Virus record (IMG/VR): IMGVR_UViG_3300014152_000001
Location: 32,001 to 96,000 of that record
DNA from: a virus
DNA length: 64,000 bases
Strand: one strand, 5' to 3'
Part shown: positions 9,326-18,971 of the stretch, in pieces
Position numbering within the stretch: the first letter of the stretch is position 1
Layout: each line of letters opens with the position of its first letter
Translations under genes and position numbers: made by a program
Notes under the pieces: model-generated
Databases searched by the model: none
The model's input: the letters and a program-made list of their open reading frames with translations, nothing else
What the model was told of the DNA's origin: nothing

Positions 9326-9488
9326 AATGCCAGCATTTCCGGTTATTGAAAAATCCCTCACAATCGCATGACCCTACCTTGTCAATCTTGTTGTAGAAGA
9401 CATTATGCCAAATGTTTGAGTATCGTTTAGACTTAACTCTGGCGAAGACCAAATCACCATCTTGTAAAATTTCAACTACCTCAGACAT
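9282..9488 (-). CDS. SWIM zinc-finger protein
   Basis: SCDCEGFFNNRKCWH (CxCx(n)CxH). Confidence 0.75.
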   Translation of the reverse strand: MSEVVEILQDGDLVFARVKSKRYSNIWHNVFYNKIDKVGSCDCEGFFNNRKCWHFTAVLQRLGLELPV

Positions 9489-9996
9489 TGTGCCATCTCC
9501 CATAATACTCTTCTAACAATGGTTCAATAACTTCTCTAAGATGTTTATACCATCGCCCAACCTTTGCCTCATAAGCCATTTGACAACTGCCACAACAAGT
9601 TTCCAAGTCATCTGTCTTTCTTGAGCCATTAATTATAGCCCTATACAAATCAGTTCCAACTCTATCTTTAGTTCCACCACCATTCTTGTGATTGATGGTG
9701 AGCACAATAGGATTGGTTTCTCCACAATAAACACAACTCTTTCCAACAATTTCAAGTGCTCTCATCTTCACTTTCCATGTATGTCTATCTTGATATTCGG
9801 GATGGTTCTTGTTGAAGTTCTTCACATAAATCTGTCGTTTAGGCCAATTTCGCTTTGTTCGATTCACAGTATCAACACTGGTGCACATTTTACACTCTTT
9901 ACGATACCAGATTTGACCTTTTACACCAATACCATTAATGTAAAAATCTTCAACATTCTTTGTTCTACCACACTTTGAGCAAACTCTAGAAGTCAT
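9481..9996 (-). CDS. HNH-type endonuclease (divergent)
   Basis: CSKCG..CKMC; CVYCGE..TINHKNGGG..CCGSCQ. Confidence 0.7.
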   Translation of the reverse strand: MTSRVCSKCGRTKNVEDFYINGIGVKGQIWYRKECKMCTSVDTVNRTKRNWPKRQIYVKNFNKNHPEYQDRHTWKVKMRALEIVGKSCVYCGETNPIVLTINHKNGGGTKDRVGTDLYRAIINGSRKTDDLETCCGSCQMAYEAKVGRWYKHLREVIEPLLEEYYGRWHNV

Positions 9997-10065
9997 CTAA
10001 CCATAGGTATAGTATTCACTACTATTTAAGGCTTTTTAGCCTTTTCCTGTAATACTTCGATGTCT

Positions 10066-10332
10066 TCACTTAGTCTCTGTCTTTTCTGGCTCTGGAATTC
10101 CAAGACCTTTTCGCCTCGCCTTCTTTTCCTCTTCGGTTTCAAAGGGCATGATGACTCCTGATTCATAGGTCAGCCCCTCTTCGGCATAACCGGATTCCGA
10201 AGTGACTGGGGTGATTTCGCCAAGTCCACCACCTGACTCTACGGTGATACACTCTGGTCCCATGTGCTTCAGGTCGTCTTCTGTGGTCTTGATAGCCACA
10301 TGATGCGTGAGACAGATTTTCTCTATTCCCAT
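10066..10332 (-). CDS. Hypothetical protein
   Basis: Start re-placed at MGIEKIC downstream of a TATA box. Confidence 0.5.
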   Translation of the reverse strand: MGIEKICLTHHVAIKTTEDDLKHMGPECITVESGGGLGEITPVTSESGYAEEGLTYESGVIMPFETEEEKKARRKGLGIPEPEKTETK

Positions 10333-10530
10333 ACTAGGACTACTTAATGGTATTGCCCTATATAAAGATTCGTTGTCAAGGGTATTCAAATATCCCTGTT
10401 GGTCCCATTCCTTGAGCCGCACACGCGGCTGTAGGAATGAGAGTATGGCAACTGCACCCACAACCGAAGTTCAACCTTGCATGACCGCAAGAGTCACAGA
10501 CCCCGCAACCACACTTAGAACAGAATCCCA

Positions 10531-10833
10531 TCACTTCAACCCCAGATTGCGTTTAATACCCGCGATATAGACATCCAACAGAGAAGAGAAGACATTAGTG
10601 AAGGCATAGACCTCATTAGTGAAGGCATAGACCTCATTCAACTCTTTATGTGACCAGAACTCGCACTCAGATTTATGGGCTATTGGAAAGAGATACCGCA
10701 AAAGAGTGGCGAGGGCTGGCCTTGGAATATACATTGTTTCCGTGTAAGTAGGGAGCATGATTTTGTCCTTCTCAAAGTCTCCTGTCTCAAGGTCTTTGAC
10801 GATTGCATCAATACACTTTTGGCAGAGTTTCAT
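10531..10833 (-). CDS. Hypothetical protein with an internal 7-aa duplication
   Basis: Coupled to the uS2 stop; NEVYAFT twice. Confidence 0.55.
   Translation of the reverse strand: MKLCQKCIDAIVKDLETGDFEKDKIMLPTYTETMYIPRPALATLLRYLFPIAHKSECEFWSHKELNEVYAFTNEVYAFTNVFSSLLDVYIAGIKRNLGLK
10593..10634. repeat. Perfect 21-bp tandem duplication
   Basis: CATTAGTGAAGGCATAGACCT x2. Confidence 0.95.
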
Positions 10834-11519
10834 TTTTCCTCATCCTCTTCCTCCTTCTCCGGCATCTTAGTCTCAAAGTCCTCAATAGTGAGGGGTGTTT
10901 TAGTCATGGCATCAAATATCTCCTCATCTGCCTTTATCTTCTCAGAGTGAAGCAAGATAGACCTAGCCAAGAGATAGAAGACCGTGGCTATGGCCTTTGC
11001 GCCAGTGTTGTTGGCCGGAATGCAGAGGTCCAAATCCTCGAAAGTGGCGTTGGTGTTGCAGATGGCAATAACGGGGATACCAACGCTTCCGGCCTCTTGC
11101 ATGGCCCTTCGGTCTCCTTTTATGGCTTCTCCTATCTTCTTCGGTATGCCATTGGTAGGGTCGGAGACAATCAACACATTTGCATCAATGTAGTATTTCG
11201 ATTGAGAGTTTGTAAGACAACCCGGCATGAAGCGATGAAAGACGGTGGGTATGAGAGTGGCCTTCTCAAATGCCGTAAGAGCGTTCTCAAATCTCGCATC
11301 AGTGGCATAGAGCACAGCACCTTCGGTCTTGACTATGAACTTACCAGCCGTGTCAAGCCGAGTAAGGATGGCGTTCACATCCAAAATGGGATTGCCACTT
11401 GGAGCGATGCTAGAGACATACTGAGCCATGTCTTTAGTAACTGCTCCCTTAATGCCTAAGTGTATACCAGTGGCCTTTAGTGGCTCTTCTGTAAGGGTTT
11501 TAGGTAGGATATGACTCAT
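10830..11519 (-). CDS. rps2: Ribosomal protein uS2 homologue (archaeal type, divergent)
   Basis: GIHLG...TKDM, RFMPGCLTN, LIVSDP, AMQEA..VGIPVIAICNT, DLCIPANN.G.KAIATVFYLLAR, IEDFETK; colinear with archaeal uS2. Confidence 0.9.
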   Translation of the reverse strand: MSHILPKTLTEEPLKATGIHLGIKGAVTKDMAQYVSSIAPSGNPILDVNAILTRLDTAGKFIVKTEGAVLYATDARFENALTAFEKATLIPTVFHRFMPGCLTNSQSKYYIDANVLIVSDPTNGIPKKIGEAIKGDRRAMQEAGSVGIPVIAICNTNATFEDLDLCIPANNTGAKAIATVFYLLARSILLHSEKIKADEEIFDAMTKTPLTIEDFETKMPEKEEEDEEK

Positions 11520-12745
11520 TGTTTGCTTACCCCTACACATCTAACCAACTCGTCCAGTATGGCCTCTACATCGTTGGTGTGAGTCTTAGCACTGCCAGCA
11601 GGTTTCAATCCACCCCCTTCCATGATGGCAGGATTGGCACTTCTGAAGGCCTTGCCAATGTGGATTGTGCTGTCCCTTCCGCCCCTACCAGAGACATGAA
11701 CCCCATACTTAGGAATGGTGTTAATGACGAACCAAGTCTTATGGTTGGTGTTGGTAAACTTACTGCATAGTGCAGAACCCATGTTCCATTTGCTACTGAT
11801 GATGGTCACACCGAAGTCTGGGTAGTCTAGTTGGGTGTAGTTGCCCCGCTTCTCTACATCTCCCTTGTCCTTTCTGTAGTTCACAGTGAGTTCCAGAAGC
11901 ATCTTAGTGTTGGAGTTCTTTGGTGTTGGAGTGGTCGTTGGAAATACAGTCGGCTCCCAGAAGAGGTCGCCCTCAATCTTTTCCTTGTTGACCATCGCAT
12001 AGAAGTCTAGCCAATTAGGAATCTTCTCCATCTCTTTCATGGCTTCATAGCAGATGGGCGGGGCTTTGTTGAATATCATCCTTCGAGGATTGTGAAGCAA
12101 TTGGGCGTAGAATGCAAGAATGCTCCAATCGTAACTACTGTTCAGACTCTTGGAAGCAAGCAATCCCCGCATAGAAGGATGCTTGTTGAGGAGTTCTTGG
12201 AAGAGAGGGCCACCTTCTTTGGTCCCAGTTGCTACATCTCCTTCTAACCCTAGCAAGGCCCACTTCTCCATGTTGACTACCGACCATCCCATCCTCTTGG
12301 CAAATGCGTAAGAGATGCCAGTAGTGCAATTCTCGGTGGATGACTCATAGTAGAAGAAGGGGAGATTGGGGAAAGGAAACTTCCCTTGGAGATTGGCTAA
12401 AGTCTTTGCATACTCTCCATAGGCTTCTGCGGTTTCAACCAAAAGGTCTGGCGGGTGGTTGTCCAAGATGATGACATTGATGCCACTGGCCAAAAATGCT
12501 ACTGCATAGTTCAGCATCTCTTGACCGCTTCCAAGGTCTAGAATGAAGACCGTTGCTGGCTTCAAGTCCATTATGTCTGAGACATTCTTATCCGTCATCC
12601 CGAAGACATCCCAATCTTGCCACATAATAGTGTGGGTAGCCTTGGGAGCATTCAGGGAGATGGCATTATGGATGATGCGACAGGCGCACATCCCATCGGT
12701 ATCTTCATCGCTGAAGATTACGGTATCCTGATTTGCTTTACTCAT
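11516..12745 (-). CDS. DHH/DHHA1 phosphoesterase (RecJ/GAN-like)
   Basis: DEDTDG, ILDLGS, ILDNH, GLEGDV, VSGRG, GGGLKPAG motifs. Confidence 0.8.
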   Translation of the reverse strand: MSKANQDTVIFSDEDTDGMCACRIIHNAISLNAPKATHTIMWQDWDVFGMTDKNVSDIMDLKPATVFILDLGSGQEMLNYAVAFLASGINVIILDNHPPDLLVETAEAYGEYAKTLANLQGKFPFPNLPFFYYESSTENCTTGISYAFAKRMGWSVVNMEKWALLGLEGDVATGTKEGGPLFQELLNKHPSMRGLLASKSLNSSYDWSILAFYAQLLHNPRRMIFNKAPPICYEAMKEMEKIPNWLDFYAMVNKEKIEGDLFWEPTVFPTTTPTPKNSNTKMLLELTVNYRKDKGDVEKRGNYTQLDYPDFGVTIISSKWNMGSALCSKFTNTNHKTWFVINTIPKYGVHVSGRGGRDSTIHIGKAFRSANPAIMEGGGLKPAGSAKTHTNDVEAILDELVRCVGVSKQ

Positions 12746-12911
12746 GACTATAGGTATCCTCTCTAACCTATATAAAGATTCTAATGGTTTAACCAGTAGA
12801 GGCAACATCTAATATGGACAAAGTGCCACGCCCAATTCCATTTGTCCCCAACCTTGCATCTAGTCAATTTACCACACTCTTTGTTCTTATAGAGACATCT
12901 CAGTGACTTCA

Positions 12912-13568
12912 TTAGATGCTCCTACGCAAACCTTTGATGTAAGGCAGTAGTCTTTCGTGGGCCTTCTCCAGAAGGATGACATCTCGCTTGTTGTGGTCTT
13001 GGATGTAGTCTCTAGCCTTCGGACTGAGCAAGGCTTGAGTCCAGATGTCGGGGTCTAGGTGCGTCTTAAGGTCTCCAAAGCCCAAGAGACTGCCTGCGTT
13101 CTCCAGTCTATTTCTGCTCATCTTCAGTTTGGACTTCACAACATAGTAGAGGTCGTGATGGATGATTGAGCCATACTCTGGGAATGGCACATTCCACTTC
13201 AGAGCACGAGTTCTCATGAAGGGGATGTCGTAACCTGTTCCGTAGTAGGTCACTACCATGTCGAATTTGAGCATATCCTCAATGCACTGAATCACTAGAG
13301 GCTTGTCCAACCTCAGTGCATCAATGTCCTTCTGTTGAATCACGTTTGAATAGATGATGTCTTTGCCTCTTACTTTGAAAGCGTAACTCAGAAGGATGCC
13401 AAAGTCTGCGTCAAGATTGGTCGCTTCGATGTCAAAGTAACCGATTCTGAAGTCGTTTTCGGTATTCGCCACAAACTCGTCCCAACATTGTGGGTGCTCC
13501 GTTCCACGATGACCGTGAACGCAATGCCAATGTTCGGCAACTATCAGTAATTTCTTTGGGTCTTTCAT
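12912..13568 (-). CDS. RNase H-fold 3'-5' exonuclease (DEDD, YprB/PolB-exo-like)
   Basis: YFDIEAT, YYGTGYDIPF, HHDLY, HNKRDV. Confidence 0.8.
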   Translation of the reverse strand: MKDPKKLLIVAEHWHCVHGHRGTEHPQCWDEFVANTENDFRIGYFDIEATNLDADFGILLSYAFKVRGKDIIYSNVIQQKDIDALRLDKPLVIQCIEDMLKFDMVVTYYGTGYDIPFMRTRALKWNVPFPEYGSIIHHDLYYVVKSKLKMSRNRLENAGSLLGFGDLKTHLDPDIWTQALLSPKARDYIQDHNKRDVILLEKAHERLLPYIKGLRRSI

Positions 13569-14290
13569 ATCACTACCATACCCTTCGTTTCTACTCCTAA
13601 TAAGTGTTTGGCTTTACCCAGTCTCTCTGGAGTTCCACAATCCATGTAAGGACATTTGGCCTTGACTACCTTGAAATCGGTTCCTTTCAACATCATCAAT
13701 GAAACAACATCTGCCATAGTTCCTCTTTGGAATTGGCCATACTTTGAGAGTTGTTTCACCGTAGTCTTCATCATATCTGTGAACACCCAACCTTCTGAAT
13801 GAACGTTAAGCGTCCCACAAACGTAGGGCGGAGTCTTGATTTTTCCTTTCCAATCGAGAGTTAGAGCAGGTCGTCCAAGCATATCACCCTTCGCCACCAC
13901 TATTGCGTGTTCTTGTTCCATCAACTCATCCATGAAGTTGAAGTTCTTGAAGTAGGAGTCGATGGCTGAGAAGACGACCTCAGTAATCACACTGTGCGTC
14001 AGATACACAGGAACGTTACTGGTTATCCAAAGGGCCGGATTGTTCACCTTCTGAGCGTCTACATAGATACCAAGATTCTTATCCTTGAAAGTAGTATCCA
14101 TGTTATCCAAACGCCACTTGGCCCACCAACCTTGATTCCACTTGCTATGGACTATCCACACCGTATCCGCAGGCACGGCATCGATAATCCTCTCAAAGAG
14201 AGGAAGTCCATCAACAGAGAGCAGATGCTTCTGCACTGCTTCGGCTGAATAGCCACCAGCCAACAAAACTAAGATTCTCTTCTCACTCAT
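13565..14290 (-). CDS. Sugar-phosphate nucleotidyltransferase-like (GT-A fold, degenerate)
   Basis: LLAGGY...KHLLSVDGLPL; YMDCGTPE. Confidence 0.65.
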   Translation of the reverse strand: MSEKRILVLLAGGYSAEAVQKHLLSVDGLPLFERIIDAVPADTVWIVHSKWNQGWWAKWRLDNMDTTFKDKNLGIYVDAQKVNNPALWITSNVPVYLTHSVITEVVFSAIDSYFKNFNFMDELMEQEHAIVVAKGDMLGRPALTLDWKGKIKTPPYVCGTLNVHSEGWVFTDMMKTTVKQLSKYGQFQRGTMADVVSLMMLKGTDFKVVKAKCPYMDCGTPERLGKAKHLLGVETKGMVVI

Positions 14291-14475
14291 CTCAGTTGAC
14301 CCTTTATGAATCGTGCCTTCTGAATTGCTCTGAATAAGACATTGTTGACTTCTTCATTAGCCGCTATTTGAGCCGTCCTTTCGTCTATTCCGTTTTTCAC
14401 CATATAGTCGTAGAGAAGACGAAATATTGTGTTGGCCTCTTCCTTGGTAGGATAACTTCCAACTGATTTTTCCAT
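14287..14475 (-). CDS. Hypothetical protein
   Basis: TATA upstream; coupled to the next gene. Confidence 0.5.
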   Translation of the reverse strand: MEKSVGSYPTKEEANTIFRLLYDYMVKNGIDERTAQIAANEEVNNVLFRAIQKARFIKGQLR

Positions 14476-14509
14476 ACCTACCCCTACTACCCTATCCTAT
14501 TTAAAGATT

Positions 14510-15406
14510 CTATGCTTCCTTGAGCATATTCATTCCTTTACGAACCGTCCAAAAGTCGCTGGCGAGAGTTGGGTCGGACAGATAGGCGTAAGGTATCGTG
14601 AAATACCCTTCTTGCCCCCAGTCTGTTCCCCAACTGTTACGGCAGATGAATCTCTGTGAGGCATCGTTATATCCGAGACACATGACAGCATGACCACCCA
14701 CTGTATAGTCATTCGACCCCGGCATCGGCACGACTCCTGTTACTTCAACTGAGAGACTCTCAAAACTGTTGTAGACGGTGAAACCATAGACGAAAGGAAA
14801 CCCCGCGTCTAAACACGCTTTCATGTCAGCCAGTGTGGTGATACTGAAGTATTGGGTAATCTCGTGATTCGTCCCTTCAGTATAGGCATTGGTTGGCGGC
14901 TGGACAGCGAACTTGCCGATGTCATATGCCCATGTTGCTTCGTAACACGACCCTTGCTGTGCAAGAGTCTTCGCCCCATCACGAAGTTCTGCCCCAGAAT
15001 CAGTGTTTACTGTTCCTTCGATAACCCTCTCATTATAGTAGATAAAGAGTCGACTGAAATTGAGTGCTCCCGTCTGCTCCTGAAGCCCGTCCTTAATCTC
15101 AAGGAAGGCTAGTGCCCCGGCCCAAGCATTCGCAGTGCAACTTCCTAAGTCTCCTTGGTCTACGATTGGTGAATCCAGACACCGCATATCCACTACACTA
15201 TTATCAGGCGGTGTTGGCGATGGATTCGGTTTTGGGTCGAAAATGCTCATGAGCCAATTCCAGAAGTCCTGCCATATTCCTTTCTCAACAGTCTCAACCT
15301 TCATAATGTCCTGTCCTGCGTGATAGATGAAATCATTAGGGTCGTAATGGTCTTTCTTCCAACCACTGAGATTATGTTTCTTGGGTTCTTTCTTAGTTTC
15401 TGACAT
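14510..15406 (-). CDS. Papain-family (C1A) cysteine peptidase
   Basis: DQGDLGSCTANA, GGHAV, RNSWGTDWG catalytic motifs. Confidence 0.92.
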   Translation of the reverse strand: MSETKKEPKKHNLSGWKKDHYDPNDFIYHAGQDIMKVETVEKGIWQDFWNWLMSIFDPKPNPSPTPPDNSVVDMRCLDSPIVDQGDLGSCTANAWAGALAFLEIKDGLQEQTGALNFSRLFIYYNERVIEGTVNTDSGAELRDGAKTLAQQGSCYEATWAYDIGKFAVQPPTNAYTEGTNHEITQYFSITTLADMKACLDAGFPFVYGFTVYNSFESLSVEVTGVVPMPGSNDYTVGGHAVMCLGYNDASQRFICRNSWGTDWGQEGYFTIPYAYLSDPTLASDFWTVRKGMNMLKEA

Positions 15407-15442
15407 CGGATGTTATTACGTTTTCTTCCTATTTAAGGATTC

Positions 15443-15745
15443 TCAAAGCCTTGGAACGTCTTTTTCTGTATAGGTCATGACAGTCCTTCCTTTCTCATGC
15501 TTGAGGGTGAAGACTACCGCCACCAGAACTAGAGTCTGATACTCGCTCTTGATGGTCTTGAAGAGTTGAGAAGCGTAGAGTTGGGGATTGGCCCTGCTCT
15601 CCTGTGAGATGTTCATCATAATCGTGTAGAGGTCGAGACGGGTCTTCCATACTGTCTTCGGAGCAACCTCTCCTTCTCGCGTCTTTGGAACATCCACTAT
15701 GAGAGCGACTTCCGGCTCTCCATCGAAGGTGTAAGTCAGTTGCAT
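15443..15745 (-). CDS. Hypothetical protein
   Basis: ORF from a divergent promoter. Confidence 0.5.
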   Translation of the reverse strand: MQLTYTFDGEPEVALIVDVPKTREGEVAPKTVWKTRLDLYTIMMNISQESRANPQLYASQLFKTIKSEYQTLVLVAVVFTLKHEKGRTVMTYTEKDVPRL

Positions 15746-15776
15746 AGCAAGTTTATATACGAGCAGAGGCTTATAA

Positions 15777-16244
15777 ATGTTCATGGCAGTAGGTTCCGCA
15801 TTCGGCACCACAGAAGCCCCAATGTTTTATCGCGTCTCAACAGACAAGAATCCGGCTCACAAGACCATCCAAATCCAGTCGGATACTGCTGTAGTCTATG
15901 TCTTCTCTACCCTAGAGGACGCACCGTTGGGCGCGGCATATACCCCAGACAACGTGTTCAGCCCTTTCATAGTAACGTGGGACTTCCCACAGTTGCCCTA
16001 TCCAGCCACCATAGAAGTGAACGTCCTAGACGCGGCCAGTCACCAGTCATTAGGAACGACCAACCTACAACTCTTTGGTCTAGATGTCTTCAAGATGAGA
16101 GTGACTTATTCGAGCAACAACCCTGCTTCACACGGTTACATTGACGCTATGATAAACGGGAACCGCCAAACCGTCTTCGGTCAGGACTATATACAACAGG
16201 ACTTCTACAATGACGACTGTTGGACAAGAGGAAGCGATGGGTAA
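15777..16244 (+). CDS. Hypothetical beta-rich protein
   Basis: ORF; its end (TRGSDG) is echoed at the end of the next gene. Confidence 0.55.
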   Translation: MFMAVGSAFGTTEAPMFYRVSTDKNPAHKTIQIQSDTAVVYVFSTLEDAPLGAAYTPDNVFSPFIVTWDFPQLPYPATIEVNVLDAASHQSLGTTNLQLFGLDVFKMRVTYSSNNPASHGYIDAMINGNRQTVFGQDYIQQDFYNDDCWTRGSDG

Positions 16245-16277
16245 AGGCTTATTAGTTACCACTTCCTATTATAGAGT

Positions 16278-16808
16278 ATGACAAAAGGACACGGATGGAA
16301 ATCAAAATATGAAAGAAACTGGTATGCTGAACATAGAGACGAGCAACTTTTGAAAATGAAAGCATGGCGAGAAGAAAATCCAGAGAAGATGAAAGTGGCT
16401 CATCAACGATGGAATGCTACTCATAAAGAACAGAACAAACAAACTCAAAAAGAGTATCGTCAAAAGAACAGAAGTCGTGTTCGCAAGTGGAAAGACGAAT
16501 GGTATCATAACAATCTAAATAAGGGAAGAGAGATGCACCGTAGATATTATTACAAGCGAAAGTATGGTATAACTCCTAATGATTATGAAAGAATGATACA
16601 AGAACGGGAAGGCAAATGCGACCTTTGTGGAAAGCCCATTGAAAGAACTAAATATCAGCCTTGTATAGACCATGACCACGAAACTGGAAAGATAAGGGGT
16701 CTTTTACATACTAATGAAAATAAGGCTCTTGGGTTGTTAGAAGACAACCCAGAACTATTAACTAAAGCATTAGACTACCTAAAGAGGACACGAGGCTCTG
16801 GTAATTAG
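16278..16808 (+). CDS. Endonuclease VII-family nuclease
   Basis: KYGIT...CDLCG...IDHDHETGKIRGLLH..N.ALGLLEDN...ALDYL. Confidence 0.85.
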   Translation: MTKGHGWKSKYERNWYAEHRDEQLLKMKAWREENPEKMKVAHQRWNATHKEQNKQTQKEYRQKNRSRVRKWKDEWYHNNLNKGREMHRRYYYKRKYGITPNDYERMIQEREGKCDLCGKPIERTKYQPCIDHDHETGKIRGLLHTNENKALGLLEDNPELLTKALDYLKRTRGSGN

Positions 16809-16992
16809 CATTATGTATAATTAGCATTTAGTCTCGTCTGGCGTATGCACCACGACTCTTGTAGAAGCACTCCATAGAGCAGAATACCGTTTTCAACACT
16901 CCATTGTCGTTGTCAAGGAACTGGATGTATGTCTGCCCCACCTTCAAGTGTTTGGGGTCTACCTCATTTCCACAGGCGCACTTCATAAGTGA

Positions 16993-17241
16993 CTACCCAA
17001 ACATACTGCTCATATCGTTTAAAGCCGCCTTTTCTTCCTTGGCAAACTGCTCGTTGAGTGTAGACTGGAAGAGGGTTCTCATCAAAAGAACCTTTGACGA
17101 TACCAACCAATGCTCCTTCTCTATTTGGTCGTAAAGTTCTATAACCTCTAGTGACCCCAAGTCTGGACGCAGGGTAGAGGCAAACTCCACAAGTTTCTTC
17201 TCCATCTCCTTATCCACTATTCCGTTGTATTTCGCTACCAT
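16993..17241 (-). CDS. Hypothetical protein
   Basis: ORF with upstream TATA. Confidence 0.5.
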   Translation of the reverse strand: MVAKYNGIVDKEMEKKLVEFASTLRPDLGSLEVIELYDQIEKEHWLVSSKVLLMRTLFQSTLNEQFAKEEKAALNDMSSMFG

Positions 17242-17516
17242 ACACTATCCTATCTCTGAATGCTATTTAAGTATTTTTGTGGTGTAGAATCCTTAATAAC
17301 TCTGCAATACATAGCGAGCCCTATGGCACGCCTCCCCTATATGCGAGCCGTCATCTCTTTGGGTTCTTCGGAAAAGAAGAACCTTAGAAAGGTCTGAAAT
17401 GGAAGAACAAATGTCAGCACTATGGCTCATTGGGGAATCATCCTTAATAGATGTATTTTGTGGGGCCGAGCCTTGGCTATAGAATCTTTATATAGGTTGC
17501 CGAGTATGGGGTTGGT

Positions 17517-17756
17517 ATGAGTTCAGTAACAATGCCGATAACAGCGCAGACGAGAGCCGAGTTCGAGACAAAGGTGAAGGACGCTCTCAAGAAGGACTAT
17601 CCCGCGGGTTCTGAGGTTAATGTGAACGAGTTCTCTATGAAGTATGGTGTGAGGACCGCTAACGTAAGGAAGATGGTAGATGCACTTGAGAAGGAAGGCT
17701 ATGTCCTGAAGGTGCCAGCAGTCGTGAAGATGCCAATACCAAGTGGTCAAAAATGA
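17517..17756 (+). CDS. Winged-HTH DNA-binding protein
   Basis: NVNEFSMKYGVRTANVRKMVDALEKEGYV (GntR-like HTH pattern). Confidence 0.65.
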   Translation: MSSVTMPITAQTRAEFETKVKDALKKDYPAGSEVNVNEFSMKYGVRTANVRKMVDALEKEGYVLKVPAVVKMPIPSGQK

Positions 17757-17853
17757 GTGAGAAACCATTAATCCTAGTCAAAGTAGAACGTCTTGATGGA
17801 AAACCAGTGAATAAGACACAATTCAAAAAGATTGTGAATGCGGTGAGACAAGC

Positions 17854-18219
17854 ATGAGCACAACAACTGATACTGTCTCTATAACAGGAGCAAATTTGCA
17901 ACCTACACCTGAGAAGGAACACTTTCCAGCCTTCGAGGACGCTGAAGGGAACATCCGAGTCATCGAGGGCAAGACTCTCAGTTGCAACAACGGATGGTGG
18001 AGCGCAGTCCTGCTTGTAGACACCTATGGCAAGATACAGGTCAAGTGGTATCTCTGGCAACAGAGAACCGATAAAACCACGGGAATTTCCACTTGGAAGC
18101 GTAAGCAGAGTTATACTATAAATCCTTTCAGTTGGCCAGACTCCAAGAAAGTAACGGATGAATATTTAGAGAAACGTAAGAGTGTCAAATCAACAACCGC
18201 AGGGTATGTAAGAAAATGA
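17854..18219 (+). CDS. Hypothetical protein (possible PC4-like nucleic-acid-binding fold)
   Basis: Aromatic beta strands WWSAVLLV..KWYLWQ. Confidence 0.4.
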   Translation: MSTTTDTVSITGANLQPTPEKEHFPAFEDAEGNIRVIEGKTLSCNNGWWSAVLLVDTYGKIQVKWYLWQQRTDKTTGISTWKRKQSYTINPFSWPDSKKVTDEYLEKRKSVKSTTAGYVRK

Positions 18220-18449
18220 GCGACATAGATGAGAGAGTTAAGATAGCCTTTACAGGCACCATCAGAGCCAATGATTCTGCTCTATCTACAGACCAAATTC
18301 GGGCTATCGCAATCATTTGTCAAAACATCGACTTTGCAAGGGCTGTGGGCAGAGAAATATTTAGGTTGGGAATACTCAATCCTCCGAAGGAACCCACTTC
18401 TGTCGAAACTGAAAAAACCGAACCAAGTTCTTCCGGTAAAGATTCATAG
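18216..18449 (+). CDS. Hypothetical protein
   Basis: ATGA-coupled ORF. Confidence 0.5.
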   Translation: MSDIDERVKIAFTGTIRANDSALSTDQIRAIAIICQNIDFARAVGREIFRLGILNPPKEPTSVETEKTEPSSSGKDS

Positions 18450-18590
18450 CCTGATGTTTCGTGTAGCCATTGGCGACTAGAGTGGCTATAATATCGTCTC
18501 TCCTCTTAAGTTCCATGAGACAAGTGTAGATATATCGAGACACTGTAGGATAGCCCAAGAACGGCTTGGAACCTAGATGTTTGGTGGGCA

Positions 18591-18971
18591 TTATGGTATA
18601 GGGTGGCGAGGTATGATGTTAAAGGAGAACGTCTCGGTGTCTTCTAAGAAGGTTGTAACAGGTGGAAGGATGGGTGGAGGAACGGGAGTGACCAGAGTAA
18701 TCATCTCTAGTTCGGCATCGAAGGTTCCTATCTGAGATAGATTGGTGCTTACCACCGAATAGGTGCATATACCAGTGGTGGGGGTGATAGAGTTACATGG
18801 CCCTGAGAAGAGAAGAGTAGGGGTCTGCTCTTGAGTGTAGACATAGAGGGTTGTAGTGCCATTTGGAGCAAAGAAGTCGGTGAGGTCTCTTATCGTTCCA
18901 TCAGCATTCTGAATCGTGAATGTGAGGTCAAATCCGAAATTATTTACTTTAACAACGAGTCCTGCTGGCAT
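18591..18971 (-). CDS. BppU N-terminal-like virion protein
   Basis: LTFTIQNADG..DLT...GICTY.....L...GTFDAELE pattern. Confidence 0.55.
   Translation of the reverse strand: MPAGLVVKVNNFGFDLTFTIQNADGTIRDLTDFFAPNGTTTLYVYTQEQTPTLLFSGPCNSITPTTGICTYSVVSTNLSQIGTFDAELEMITLVTPVPPPILPPVTTFLEDTETFSFNIIPRHPIP

Noticed and set aside
10803-11459. 218 aa + strand ORF and similar long antisense ORFs (e.g. 37706-38209, 23090-23593, 61821-62381)
   Set aside because: They shadow well-supported genes on the opposite strand and have no motifs or promoters.
10830-14290. Host chromosomal fragment (because of uS2, DHH, NTP-transferase)
   Set aside because: The genes are divergent, coupled to viral-type ORFs, use the same promoter style and lack cellular synteny.
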